DNA from: Candidatus Omnitrophota bacterium
GTDB taxonomy: Bacteria > Omnitrophota > Gorgyraeia > JAUYCX01
NCBI GenBank assembly: GCA_030692045.1
Contig: JAUYCX010000049.1
Coordinates: 106,643-170,642, forward strand
Length of the DNA stretch: 64,000 nt
Direction of reading: 5' to 3'
Positions 54,316 to 63,037 of this stretch are shown piece by piece. Position numbers and translations under genes: made by a program. A model generated the notes under the pieces. The model worked only from the letters and a program-made list of their open reading frames with translations. It was not told where the DNA came from and ran no database searches. Within the stretch, counting starts at the first letter, position 1; every line of letters begins with the position of its first letter.

Positions 54316-54363
54316 AGATATGCTGCTAATTATTTGAATTGTAAACTTTGACAAAGGAGAAAG

Positions 54364-55146
54364 ATGTTTAAAAAAATAGTTAAATTTACTTTGTTGCTGG
54401 TTTTAATTTTTTGCATTATTTTTTCTATAATTGAGATAAATTCTCAAAGGCCTGTTCAAGTACTAAAAAGTTTGTTAAAGAAAGATGGTTTAAGCAGTCA
54501 AGGCTTCAAACTTAAACTTAACTTTTTGTTAGTAATTCCTGTTGGTGAGGCAAAAATTGAAAATTTAGGCATAGAGACATTTAGGAATAGAGAATTAATT
54601 CATATTAGGGCACAAGCAGAGTCTTTAAATTATTTTAAAAGCTTATTTTATGCTAAGGCAAACATAAATTCTTATATCGAACCCAAAGAATTAGATTCAA
54701 TTTATTTTATGCAGCATCTTGAGATATCAAATAAGCCAAATGATGATAGAGAGATTAGCTATGACCAAAAAAGGCACATAATGAGATATCAAGGGCTTAG
54801 GGGTGTGGAAGAACGAGTAATTGATGAACACGCACAGGACCCGCTCTCAGCGATTTTTTATATTCAAAATAAGGTTTTTAACATAAATGAAGAATTCAAA
54901 TTGAGTATGAACACAAATCAGAAGAATTATATTCTTAAAGCAAGGGTTATAGCAAAGGAATCTATCCAAGTTGCACATAAGAATTATGAACTTTGGGTTA
55001 TTCAGGCAAGCGTTGCAAGAAAAGATAAAAATCCGCGGCATAAAACAAGCTTTAAAATTTGGTTTCTAGATAATGGCAGCCAGAAAATACCCCTTCTAAT
55101 TAAAGCAACGACAAATATTGGACCAATTGTGGCAAAAGCAAATTAG
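54364..55146 (+). CDS. Hypothetical exported/anchored protein (DUF3108-like, tentative)
   Basis: 260 aa with an AAGGAG SD and an N-terminal hydrophobic signal or anchor. The remainder is hydrophilic with an alternating, beta-rich pattern. I recognised no catalytic motif. Confidence 0.4.
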   Translation: MFKKIVKFTLLLVLIFCIIFSIIEINSQRPVQVLKSLLKKDGLSSQGFKLKLNFLLVIPVGEAKIENLGIETFRNRELIHIRAQAESLNYFKSLFYAKANINSYIEPKELDSIYFMQHLEISNKPNDDREISYDQKRHIMRYQGLRGVEERVIDEHAQDPLSAIFYIQNKVFNINEEFKLSMNTNQKNYILKARVIAKESIQVAHKNYELWVIQASVARKDKNPRHKTSFKIWFLDNGSQKIPLLIKATTNIGPIVAKAN

Positions 55147-55154
55147 AGATTAAA

Positions 55155-56222
55155 ATGAAAATCGGCATTGATATTCGTTCAACCTTAAAACAAAGAACCG
55201 GCATTGGTCAATACATCTTAAGCTTGATAAATCATCTTGCTAAAATTGATTTAGAAAATAAATATTTTCTTTACAGCAAAAAAAAGATAATTGATAGAAA
55301 AAGAAAGCTTCCTAAATTGCCAGGTCAAAATTTCTCACATCGAATAGATTATTTTTCATTTGGGCCTGATAAGTTGTTAAAGGATGTTGATATTTATCAT
55401 ACCTCAAGCTTTGACCTGAAACCGCCTCAGCGTTGCCAACTTGTGTTGACTGTTCAAGACGTTATAAATAAAGCTTATCCCAAAGGCCATACGCAGGATA
55501 CAATTAAAACAATAGATAGACAGCTAAAAGAAGTGTTGCCGCTTGCCAAAAGGATTGTTGTTGACTCAGAATGCACAAAAAGAGATCTTCTAAAGTGGTA
55601 TCCAGTAGATGAAAGAATAGTTAGAATTGTTTATCCTGGAGTTAATCCATGGTTTTCTTGGCAGGATGTTAAAAAACAAGATATTATACTATTTGTTGGG
55701 ACTATTGAGCCGAGAAAAAATATTGAAAATTTAATCAGGGCATTTGATATTTTGAAAAAGCAATACCATATTGCACACAAACTAATGATTATTGGCATGA
55801 AGGGATGGATGTGTGAGGGAGTTTTTAGTTTAGTTAAAGAATTGAAATTGACACAAGAAGTTATCTTTAAAGATTTTATTGCAAATGAGAATTTAGCCGC
55901 ATGGTATTCTCAGGCACAAGTTTTTGTTTATCCATCATTTTATGAGGGTTTTGGTTTTCCAATTGTGGAAGCATTTGCAAGCGGAGTTCCAGTTGTAACC
56001 TCAAATGTTTCTTCTTGCCAAGAGATAGCCGGTGAAGCCGCTTTATTAGTTGACCCACAAAGTGTAGAACAATTAAAAGATGCTATTTTAAGATTATTAG
56101 AAGATAAATCTTTGAGAGAGTCCTTAATAAATAAAGGTTTTGTGAGGGCAAAATCATTTTCCTGGGAAAGGGCGGCAAAAGAAGTGTTCTCTGTTTATAA
56201 GGAGGCCCTTGGTGCTGGTTAG
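55155..56222 (+). CDS. GT4 (GT-B fold) glycosyltransferase
   Basis: MKIGIDIRS .. FVGTIEPRKNIENLIRAF .. PSFYEGFGFPIVEAFASGVPVVTSNVSSCQEIAGEAALLVDP is the classic GT4 E-x7-E region. Confidence 0.88.
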   Translation: MKIGIDIRSTLKQRTGIGQYILSLINHLAKIDLENKYFLYSKKKIIDRKRKLPKLPGQNFSHRIDYFSFGPDKLLKDVDIYHTSSFDLKPPQRCQLVLTVQDVINKAYPKGHTQDTIKTIDRQLKEVLPLAKRIVVDSECTKRDLLKWYPVDERIVRIVYPGVNPWFSWQDVKKQDIILFVGTIEPRKNIENLIRAFDILKKQYHIAHKLMIIGMKGWMCEGVFSLVKELKLTQEVIFKDFIANENLAAWYSQAQVFVYPSFYEGFGFPIVEAFASGVPVVTSNVSSCQEIAGEAALLVDPQSVEQLKDAILRLLEDKSLRESLINKGFVRAKSFSWERAAKEVFSVYKEALGAG

Positions 56223-57057
56223 TGGTTTTACAATTGTTAGAAATGCTATAAAATTCAATTATCCAGTTGTGGAATCGATAAAGTCAATTCTTCCTATTTG
56301 TGATGAGTTTATCGTTAATGTAGGAGACTGCGAAGATAATACTTTAGAACTTATTCAATCAATTAAAGACCCCAAACTAAAGATTATTCGTAATAATTGG
56401 GATTTTTCTAAGGGAGAATTGGTTTTGTCTCAACAGTCAAATATCGCTTTATCGCAATGTAAAGGAGATTGGGCAATTTACCTTCAGAGCGATGAAGTAA
56501 TACATGAAAAAGATTTACCGCGTTTAAAAAAAATTATGCAAAAGTTTTTAAGCGAAGCTAATATAGATGCACTTCGATTTAAGTGGCTGCATTTTTATGG
56601 CAGCTTCTACCGGTATAGAATAGACAGCGGTTGGTTTCAGAAGGAAGATAGAATTATCAGAAATAATGGGCAGATACATTTGTATAGCGGTGCTTTTGGT
56701 TTTGAAAGGAAAGATAAAAAGCCTTTAAGAAGAATAAAAACAGGATGCTTTATTTATCATTATGGTTGGGTTCAGCCACCTGATACTATGACCAAGCGAA
56801 GAATAAATGCCGAAAGCATAGGTTTTACTCAACTTTTCAAAGAAGAACGAGTTCAAAATTATGATTACGGCAACTTAGAAAGGTTCCCCATATATTTTGG
56901 TACGCACCCTAATGTAATGAATGAGCGTATTTTATCCCACCAATTAAGCCGAGAAGATTGTGCAAAGATTAGTCGCAAATATTGGTGGTCTCCATTTAGG
57001 ATATTTCGAGTTAGATATAAGACATTTAAGAGGGTAGACATAAGGATATGTAGATGA
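56209..57057 (+). CDS. GT2-like glycosyltransferase (divergent)
   Basis: 282 aa. TTG/GTG start directly after a strong AAGGAGG SD. SGFTIVRNAIKFNYPVVESIKSILPICDEFIVNVGDCEDNT and YLQSDEV resemble a GT-A nucleotide-binding region and DxD-like motif. Confidence 0.55.
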   Translation: MVLVSGFTIVRNAIKFNYPVVESIKSILPICDEFIVNVGDCEDNTLELIQSIKDPKLKIIRNNWDFSKGELVLSQQSNIALSQCKGDWAIYLQSDEVIHEKDLPRLKKIMQKFLSEANIDALRFKWLHFYGSFYRYRIDSGWFQKEDRIIRNNGQIHLYSGAFGFERKDKKPLRRIKTGCFIYHYGWVQPPDTMTKRRINAESIGFTQLFKEERVQNYDYGNLERFPIYFGTHPNVMNERILSHQLSREDCAKISRKYWWSPFRIFRVRYKTFKRVDIRICR

Positions 57058-58472
57058 ATGAATCTATGAGAAATAATTTATATGCGGTTATCTTAGCCGG
57101 AGGAGTGGGAAGCCGATTTTGGCCCTTAAGCCGAGAACAAGAACCAAAGCAGTTCTTAAATGTCTTTGGAAGCCAGACTCTTCTGCAAGACACAATTTGG
57201 CGCATAAGAACAAAAATTAGAAAAGAAAATATTTATTTAGTTACTAACTCTATGTATATCCATGATATCAAAAAACAAATTGCAAAATTTAATATCCCCC
57301 AAAAAAATATTCTTCTTGAGCCAGAAGGCAAGAATACTGCACCGGCTATCGGTTTAGTTGCAATGCAGCTACTTTTTCAAGATAAAGATGCAGTTATGTT
57401 AGTTTTACCTTCTGATCATTTAATATTAAGACCAAAAGCTTTTCTAAGAGTTATTGATAGGGCTGTTAACTTAGCGAAGAAAAATTTTTTGGTTACGTTA
57501 GGGATTATTCCAAATAGACCAGAAGTTGGTTATGGATATATAAAGGTTGTTAAAAAACGGCTTGGCAAAATAAGGGTTGGCTGTGTAGAAAAGTTTATTG
57601 AGAAGCCATCTCTAGAAAAGGCTGTAGGATTTCTTAAAAGCAAGAATTATGTTTGGAATAGTGGAATTTTTATTTGGAAGGCGAGTTTAATTCTGGAAGA
57701 AATAAAAAAATATCTGCCGGAATTATATAAGAGTTTAGAAGAAATTAAAAATATGCAAGAAATTTATCCAATTTGGAAGACTATAAAGCCTATTTCCATT
57801 GATTATGGCGTCTTGGAAAAGTCAAAACGATTAATCACAATTCCCGCCAATATTAGTTGGACAGATTTAGGCAGTTGGGATGCCTTATTAGGAGTTCTAA
57901 AAAAGGATAAAAACTCAAATGTGTTTAAGGCAGATTCTTTGGATATCGGAAGCAAAAATATTTTTGTTTGGGGAGGAAAAAGACTTATTGCTACTGTTGG
58001 ACTTGAAGATTTAATTTTGATAGATACCCCTGATGCGCTACTTGCTTGTCGGCGTGAATTATCCCAAAATGTAAAAAATATAGTTGAGCTATTAAAAAAA
58101 CATAAGCGCGAAGAAAGAATTCTGCATAAAACTGTTAAAAGACCGTGGGGCTCTTACACAATACTAGATACAGGCACGGGCTATAAGATAAAAATAGTTG
58201 AGATAGAGCCAAGACAGCGCCTAAGCCTACAGCTTCATAAAAGGCGCGCCGAACACTGGGTAGTTGTTGAAGGAAAAGCAAAAATCCAAAAGGGTAGAAA
58301 AAATTTCTATGTTAATCAAAATGAAAGTATTTATATTCCTGCCAATAAATTACACCGTTTGGAAAATCCCCTAAAGGTGCCTTTAAAGATTGTTGAAGTT
58401 CAAACAGGAAAACTCCTGCAAGAGGATGATATCGTGCGTTTTAAAGACGATTATGAAAGAATTAAGCCATAA
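57054..58472 (+). CDS. manC: Mannose-1-phosphate guanylyltransferase / mannose-6-phosphate isomerase (type II PMI-GMP)
   Basis: 472 aa. The N-terminal block is AVILAGGVGSRFWPLSRE..PKQFL. The C-terminal cupin region is RPWGSYTILD..YKIKIVEIEPRQRLSLQLHKRRAEHWVVVEGKA. Confidence 0.88.
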   Translation: MNESMRNNLYAVILAGGVGSRFWPLSREQEPKQFLNVFGSQTLLQDTIWRIRTKIRKENIYLVTNSMYIHDIKKQIAKFNIPQKNILLEPEGKNTAPAIGLVAMQLLFQDKDAVMLVLPSDHLILRPKAFLRVIDRAVNLAKKNFLVTLGIIPNRPEVGYGYIKVVKKRLGKIRVGCVEKFIEKPSLEKAVGFLKSKNYVWNSGIFIWKASLILEEIKKYLPELYKSLEEIKNMQEIYPIWKTIKPISIDYGVLEKSKRLITIPANISWTDLGSWDALLGVLKKDKNSNVFKADSLDIGSKNIFVWGGKRLIATVGLEDLILIDTPDALLACRRELSQNVKNIVELLKKHKREERILHKTVKRPWGSYTILDTGTGYKIKIVEIEPRQRLSLQLHKRRAEHWVVVEGKAKIQKGRKNFYVNQNESIYIPANKLHRLENPLKVPLKIVEVQTGKLLQEDDIVRFKDDYERIKP

Positions 58473-59550
58473 GAAAATATTAATTATAAATCCATTCGGC
58501 ATAGGCGATGTGTTATTTACATTCCCCGTTATTAGAGCTATAAAAGAAAAAGGCGAAGATATTTTTGTTGGTTTCTGGTGCAATGAGAGGGTAGAGCCAA
58601 TCTTAAAAAATAATCCCTATATTGATAAAATATTTGCAATGTCAAAAGGAGATATCAAAAAAATTTATTCTAAATCTAAGATTAAAGGAATGGTTGAATC
58701 TCTAAAACTTTTATCCAGCATTAGAAAGGAACATTTCGATATGTCCTTTGATGTTTCTTTAGATTATCGTTATAATTTAATCTCTCAATTAGCTGGAATA
58801 AAAAGACGCGTAGGATTTAACTATAAAAACCGCGGCAGATTTCTTACTGAAAGAATAGATATTGACGGGTTTAATGGTAAGCATGTGGTGGAATATTACT
58901 TAGATGCATTAAAACTTTTCAATATTGAAGTTAAAAATAAGCCAATGATGGAGTTATTTTTGTCAAAGGAAGACACAGATTGGGCAGATAATTTTTTAAA
59001 AGGTTTCAAGGTAACAGATAATGACCTATTGATTGGAATTGCTCCTGCAGGGGGCTTAAGCTGGGGAGGGAGTGCCTTTTATTTACGCTGGAGCGAAGAG
59101 AAATTTGCTTATTTATGCCAAGCCTTGATAAATAAATATAATGCTAAAATAATTCTTTTTGGTTCTTTTGATGAAATAGGCATCTGCAAAAACATAGAAT
59201 CTTCATTAATAGAATCTTCTTTAAAGGGAAATATTATAAATACGGCAGGCGTATTAACATTAGCTCAATTTGCCGCTTTATTAAAAAAATGCAAAATAGC
59301 TATTTGTAATGATGCCGGTCCTTTACATGTAGCGGTTGCCTTGGGTTTAAAAACAGTTTGTATTTGTGGACCAGTTGACGAAAAAGTTTACGGCCCTTAC
59401 CCAAATAATGAGAATACTCGCATAGTTAAAGCAGGCTTAAGCTGTCAGCCCTGTTATCAAAGATTTAAGATGTCTAATTGCCAAGATAAAAAATGCCTTG
59501 AAGATTTAGAAGTAGACGCTGTATTTGAAAAGGTCAGGGAATTATTATGA
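58453..59550 (+). CDS. Glycosyltransferase family 9 (heptosyltransferase-like, second copy)
   Basis: I prefer the ATG at 58453 (MKELSHKKILIINPFGIGDVLFTFPVIRAIK). The C-terminal block is IAICNDAGPLHVAVALGLKTVCICGP. The track start at 58390 lies deep inside manC. Confidence 0.8.
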   Translation: MKELSHKKILIINPFGIGDVLFTFPVIRAIKEKGEDIFVGFWCNERVEPILKNNPYIDKIFAMSKGDIKKIYSKSKIKGMVESLKLLSSIRKEHFDMSFDVSLDYRYNLISQLAGIKRRVGFNYKNRGRFLTERIDIDGFNGKHVVEYYLDALKLFNIEVKNKPMMELFLSKEDTDWADNFLKGFKVTDNDLLIGIAPAGGLSWGGSAFYLRWSEEKFAYLCQALINKYNAKIILFGSFDEIGICKNIESSLIESSLKGNIINTAGVLTLAQFAALLKKCKIAICNDAGPLHVAVALGLKTVCICGPVDEKVYGPYPNNENTRIVKAGLSCQPCYQRFKMSNCQDKKCLEDLEVDAVFEKVRELL

Positions 59551-60656
59551 AGGTGGAATTTACAAATTTAAAACAGCAATATCTAGAAATTAAATCTGAG
59601 GTCGATGCTGGCTTAAAGAAGCTTTTCTCTAAATCAAATTTTATTTTAGGCAAAGAAGTAAAAGATTTTGAGAAAGCTTTTTCTCATTACTGCGGGTCTA
59701 AATTTGGCGTGGGGCTAAATTCCGGAACAGATGCCTTATTTTTAGGTTGTTTAAGTTTAGGAATTGGGCAGGGTGATGAGGTAATTGTTCCTGCCTTTAC
59801 ATTTATTGCAACAGCCTTTGCAGTTACTTATACAGGTGCAAAGGTGGTATTTGTAGATATTGATGAAAAAACCAAAACAATCGATGTTAAAAAAATCGAA
59901 AAGGCAGTTACTAAAAAAACTAAGGCAATTATTCCAGTCCACCTCTATGGACAGAGCGCTGACATGGATGAGATAATTGCAATTGCTAAAAGACATAAAT
60001 TGAAGATAATCGAAGATGCCGCACAGGCGCACGGTGCACAATACAAAGGAAGGTCTTGCGGTTCAATGTCAGATGTGGGTTGTTTTAGTTTTTATCCTAC
60101 TAAAAATTTAGGTGCTTTTGGCGATGGTGGAATGGTTGTAACTGACAATAAAAAGATATATGAGAAATTAACCATGCTTAGGGACTGTGGACGATTAGGA
60201 AGATACAAACATACAATCAAAGGATATAACTCTCGTCTGGACACAATGCAGGCAGTTATGCTGACTGCAAAACTAAAACATCTTGATAAATGGAATAAAA
60301 TGCGTCAAGAAAATGCTTCCCTTTATAATAGTCTTTTAAAAGACGAAGAAAAGATAATAACTCCCTTTCAGGCTGAAAATAGAAACCACATTTTTCATAT
60401 CTATGCAGTGAGGGTTAAAAAAAGAGATTTTATTATTGAAAGTATGCTCAAAAAAGGCATCAATGCACTTATTCACTATCCTTTTCCTTTACACTTGCAA
60501 GAGGCATATCAGGAATTAGGATATAAAAAGGGTGACTTCCCGATAGCAGAAAAAGTTGCCTCAGAAATAATTTCTCTACCCATGTCGCCTCATTTAAGCA
60601 AGGAAAAGATAAAATTCGTAGCCAAGATTCTTAAGGACTTAATAGATGGCAGATAA
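59547..60656 (+). CDS. DegT/DnrJ/EryC1/StrS-family PLP-dependent sugar aminotransferase
   Basis: 369 aa. GVGLNSGTDALFL, IIEDAAQAHGA and SFYPTKNLGAFGDGG, with the Schiff-base Lys retained. That argues for a transaminase rather than an E1-type 3-dehydrase. Confidence 0.88.
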   Translation: MKVEFTNLKQQYLEIKSEVDAGLKKLFSKSNFILGKEVKDFEKAFSHYCGSKFGVGLNSGTDALFLGCLSLGIGQGDEVIVPAFTFIATAFAVTYTGAKVVFVDIDEKTKTIDVKKIEKAVTKKTKAIIPVHLYGQSADMDEIIAIAKRHKLKIIEDAAQAHGAQYKGRSCGSMSDVGCFSFYPTKNLGAFGDGGMVVTDNKKIYEKLTMLRDCGRLGRYKHTIKGYNSRLDTMQAVMLTAKLKHLDKWNKMRQENASLYNSLLKDEEKIITPFQAENRNHIFHIYAVRVKKRDFIIESMLKKGINALIHYPFPLHLQEAYQELGYKKGDFPIAEKVASEIISLPMSPHLSKEKIKFVAKILKDLIDGR

Positions 60657-61419
60657 GCTTGCCTTAACAGTAGTTGTTTTAACCAAGAATGAGCAAGATA
60701 ATATTGCTGAATGCTTAAATAGCGTTTTTGGCTGGACAGACGAGATTATCGTGGTCGATGATGAGAGTAGTGATAAGACTAGAGAAATTGCCAATAATTT
60801 TACAGATAAGGTTTTTATAAGAAAAATGGATGTGGAAGGCATTCAACGTAACTGGGCTTACTCCCAGGCAAAAAATGAGTGGGTTCTAAGTTTGGATGCC
60901 GATGAAATGGTAAGTGCCCAATTACAAGAAGAAATCTCCTTGGTACTTAAAAATAATACAATGTATAATGGTTTTTCTATTCCTTTAAGAAATTATATTG
61001 GTAATTATTGGGTTAAGCATAGTGGTTGGTATCCTGCCAGTAAACTACGTTTATTTAAGAAAGACAAGTTTCAATATGAAGAGGTTGAGGTTCACCCTCG
61101 TGCATTTTTAGAAGGCAAGGAGTCTCGTTTAACCAAAGATATTATCCATAAAGGTTATCCTAATTTAGAGCATTTTTTTGCCAGCCTAAACCGCCAAACT
61201 ACGCTGGAGGCAAAAAAATGGATAACTACAAATAGACATATGAGTTTAGGAAGAGCAATCTGGCGGACAATTGATAGATTTATCCGCTCTTTTTTTGTGA
61301 AAAAAGGTTACAAGGATGGTTTTGTAGGTTTTATGATTGCATTTTTTGCCAGTTTGTATCAGGTGATAAGTTTCGTTAAATATCGCGAAATGCAAAGTTA
61401 TCTTAAAGGAGATGATTAA
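60646..61419 (+). CDS. GT2 glycosyltransferase (LPS-core-type)
   Basis: LTVVVLTKNEQDNIAECLNSV .. EIIVVDDESSDKT .. LSLDADE. 257 aa and apparently soluble. Confidence 0.82.
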   Translation: MADKLALTVVVLTKNEQDNIAECLNSVFGWTDEIIVVDDESSDKTREIANNFTDKVFIRKMDVEGIQRNWAYSQAKNEWVLSLDADEMVSAQLQEEISLVLKNNTMYNGFSIPLRNYIGNYWVKHSGWYPASKLRLFKKDKFQYEEVEVHPRAFLEGKESRLTKDIIHKGYPNLEHFFASLNRQTTLEAKKWITTNRHMSLGRAIWRTIDRFIRSFFVKKGYKDGFVGFMIAFFASLYQVISFVKYREMQSYLKGDD

Positions 61420-62457
61420 ATGAAGATATTAATTACCGGTGGCGCAGGTTTGGTTGGCTCGCATTGTGCAGAATACTTTGCATTAAAGAATGATAGGGTC
61501 GTGATTCTGGATAATTTGATGCGTTCAAAGATTTTTGGTTTTGACAAAGAAACAGTGAAATACAACTGGAATTATCTTAAGAGGTATAAAAATATAATTC
61601 GTATTAAGGGAGATGTGCGAAACGAAAGAGATGTTTTCAAGGCATTAGGCAAAGGTGTTGATGCGGTGATTCATACTGCTGGCCAGCCGGGAGTTCCTTC
61701 TTCGGTGAGGATACCCAAAGAAGATTTTAGCATTAATGCCTTTGGCACACTCAATGTCTTAGAATGCACACGTAAAGTCAACCCAAAAGCAGCCTTTGTT
61801 TATTGTTCCACAAACAAAGTCTATGGAGAAAATGTGGATAAAATACCTTTAAAGGAATTGAAAAGCCGTTATGCTTACGATGGTGTTCGTGGAGTTTCTG
61901 AGGCAATGTCTACAGATTTAACAGGACATACCCCTTATGGAGTCAGCAAGCTTACAGGTGATTTATACGTCCAGGAATACGCCCACATATATAAAATGAA
62001 GACAGCTGTGTTTAGGATGTCCTGTATTTATGGGACACGGCAATTTGGTTTTGAGGACCAAGGGTGGGTAGCTTGGTTTATTATTGCCACACTCTTTAAA
62101 AAACCAATTACAATTTATGGCAATGGCAAGCAGGTAAGAGACCTATTGTATGTTACAGATTTGGTTGAAGGCTTTGATAAATTTATTAAATCCAAATCCA
62201 AGTTTGAATTATTTAATATCGGTGGCGGCAAGAATAATACCATTTCACTTTTAGAATTTTTAGAAGAGATTGAGAGGCAGACTTGTAAAAGACCAAAGGT
62301 AAGATTTGCCTCTTGGCGGCCTTCTGACCAAAAGGTTTATATCTCAGACATTTCAAAAATTAGAGAAAGGCTTAATTGGCAACCAACAATTGGCGTTAAG
62401 GAAGGGATAATCAGACTTCTTAGATGGGTAAGATGCAATGAAAATTATTTTTCTTGA
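61420..62457 (+). CDS. Extended SDR epimerase (CDP-paratose 2-epimerase-like)
   Basis: MKILITGGAGLVGSHCAEYF, YGVSKLTGD (YxxxK) and FGFEDQGWVAWF resemble the RfbE/CDP-tyvelose epimerase subgroup. The specificity cannot be determined from sequence. Confidence 0.65.
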   Translation: MKILITGGAGLVGSHCAEYFALKNDRVVILDNLMRSKIFGFDKETVKYNWNYLKRYKNIIRIKGDVRNERDVFKALGKGVDAVIHTAGQPGVPSSVRIPKEDFSINAFGTLNVLECTRKVNPKAAFVYCSTNKVYGENVDKIPLKELKSRYAYDGVRGVSEAMSTDLTGHTPYGVSKLTGDLYVQEYAHIYKMKTAVFRMSCIYGTRQFGFEDQGWVAWFIIATLFKKPITIYGNGKQVRDLLYVTDLVEGFDKFIKSKSKFELFNIGGGKNNTISLLEFLEEIERQTCKRPKVRFASWRPSDQKVYISDISKIRERLNWQPTIGVKEGIIRLLRWVRCNENYFS

Positions 62458-63037
62458 TAGGGATGGAGTAATTAACCGTTATCCCGGAAGAAAAAAATAT
62501 GTTACTAAATTAAGGGAATTTCATTTTCTACCCGGAAGCTTAGAGGCGATTAAGAAATTAAGCCAGGCAAAATTTAATATCTTTGTTATTTCCAATCAGG
62601 CTGGCGTCAACAAAGGAATTTTTACTAAAAATAAATTACAACATATTACTAAAAATATGCTTGAGAAAATACGCCTTGGCAAAGGGAGAATAAGATCTGT
62701 TTTGTATTGTATACATCAAGAGGCTGATAACTGTTCCTGCAGAAAACCCAAGTTAGGGCTTATTGAAAAGGCATTAAGAATTTTAGGAAATAAAAAAATA
62801 ACCAAAAAAAATGCCTTTTTTGTAGGTGATAGTATTTTGGATATGGCAACAGGAAAAAATGCAGGTTGTTCAACCATGTTAGTGCTTTCTGGAAAGGAAC
62901 GGCAACACAATAAGAGAAATTGGAAAGTTAAGCCCGATTATATTGTCAAAGACTTATTAACTGCCTCAAAAATAATCCTCAATGAAAATTTTGATTATCC
63001 ATGCCTCAGCCGGTCAAGGACACAAACGCGCTGCTGA
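62438..63037 (+). CDS. gmhB: D-glycero-D-manno-heptose 1,7-bisphosphate phosphatase (HAD family)
   Basis: IIFLDRDGVIN (DxD nucleophile), ISNQAGV, the Zn-site-like CIHQEADNCSCRKP, and FVGDSILDMATGKNAG. Confidence 0.8.
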   Translation: MKIIFLDRDGVINRYPGRKKYVTKLREFHFLPGSLEAIKKLSQAKFNIFVISNQAGVNKGIFTKNKLQHITKNMLEKIRLGKGRIRSVLYCIHQEADNCSCRKPKLGLIEKALRILGNKKITKKNAFFVGDSILDMATGKNAGCSTMLVLSGKERQHNKRNWKVKPDYIVKDLLTASKIILNENFDYPCLSRSRTQTRC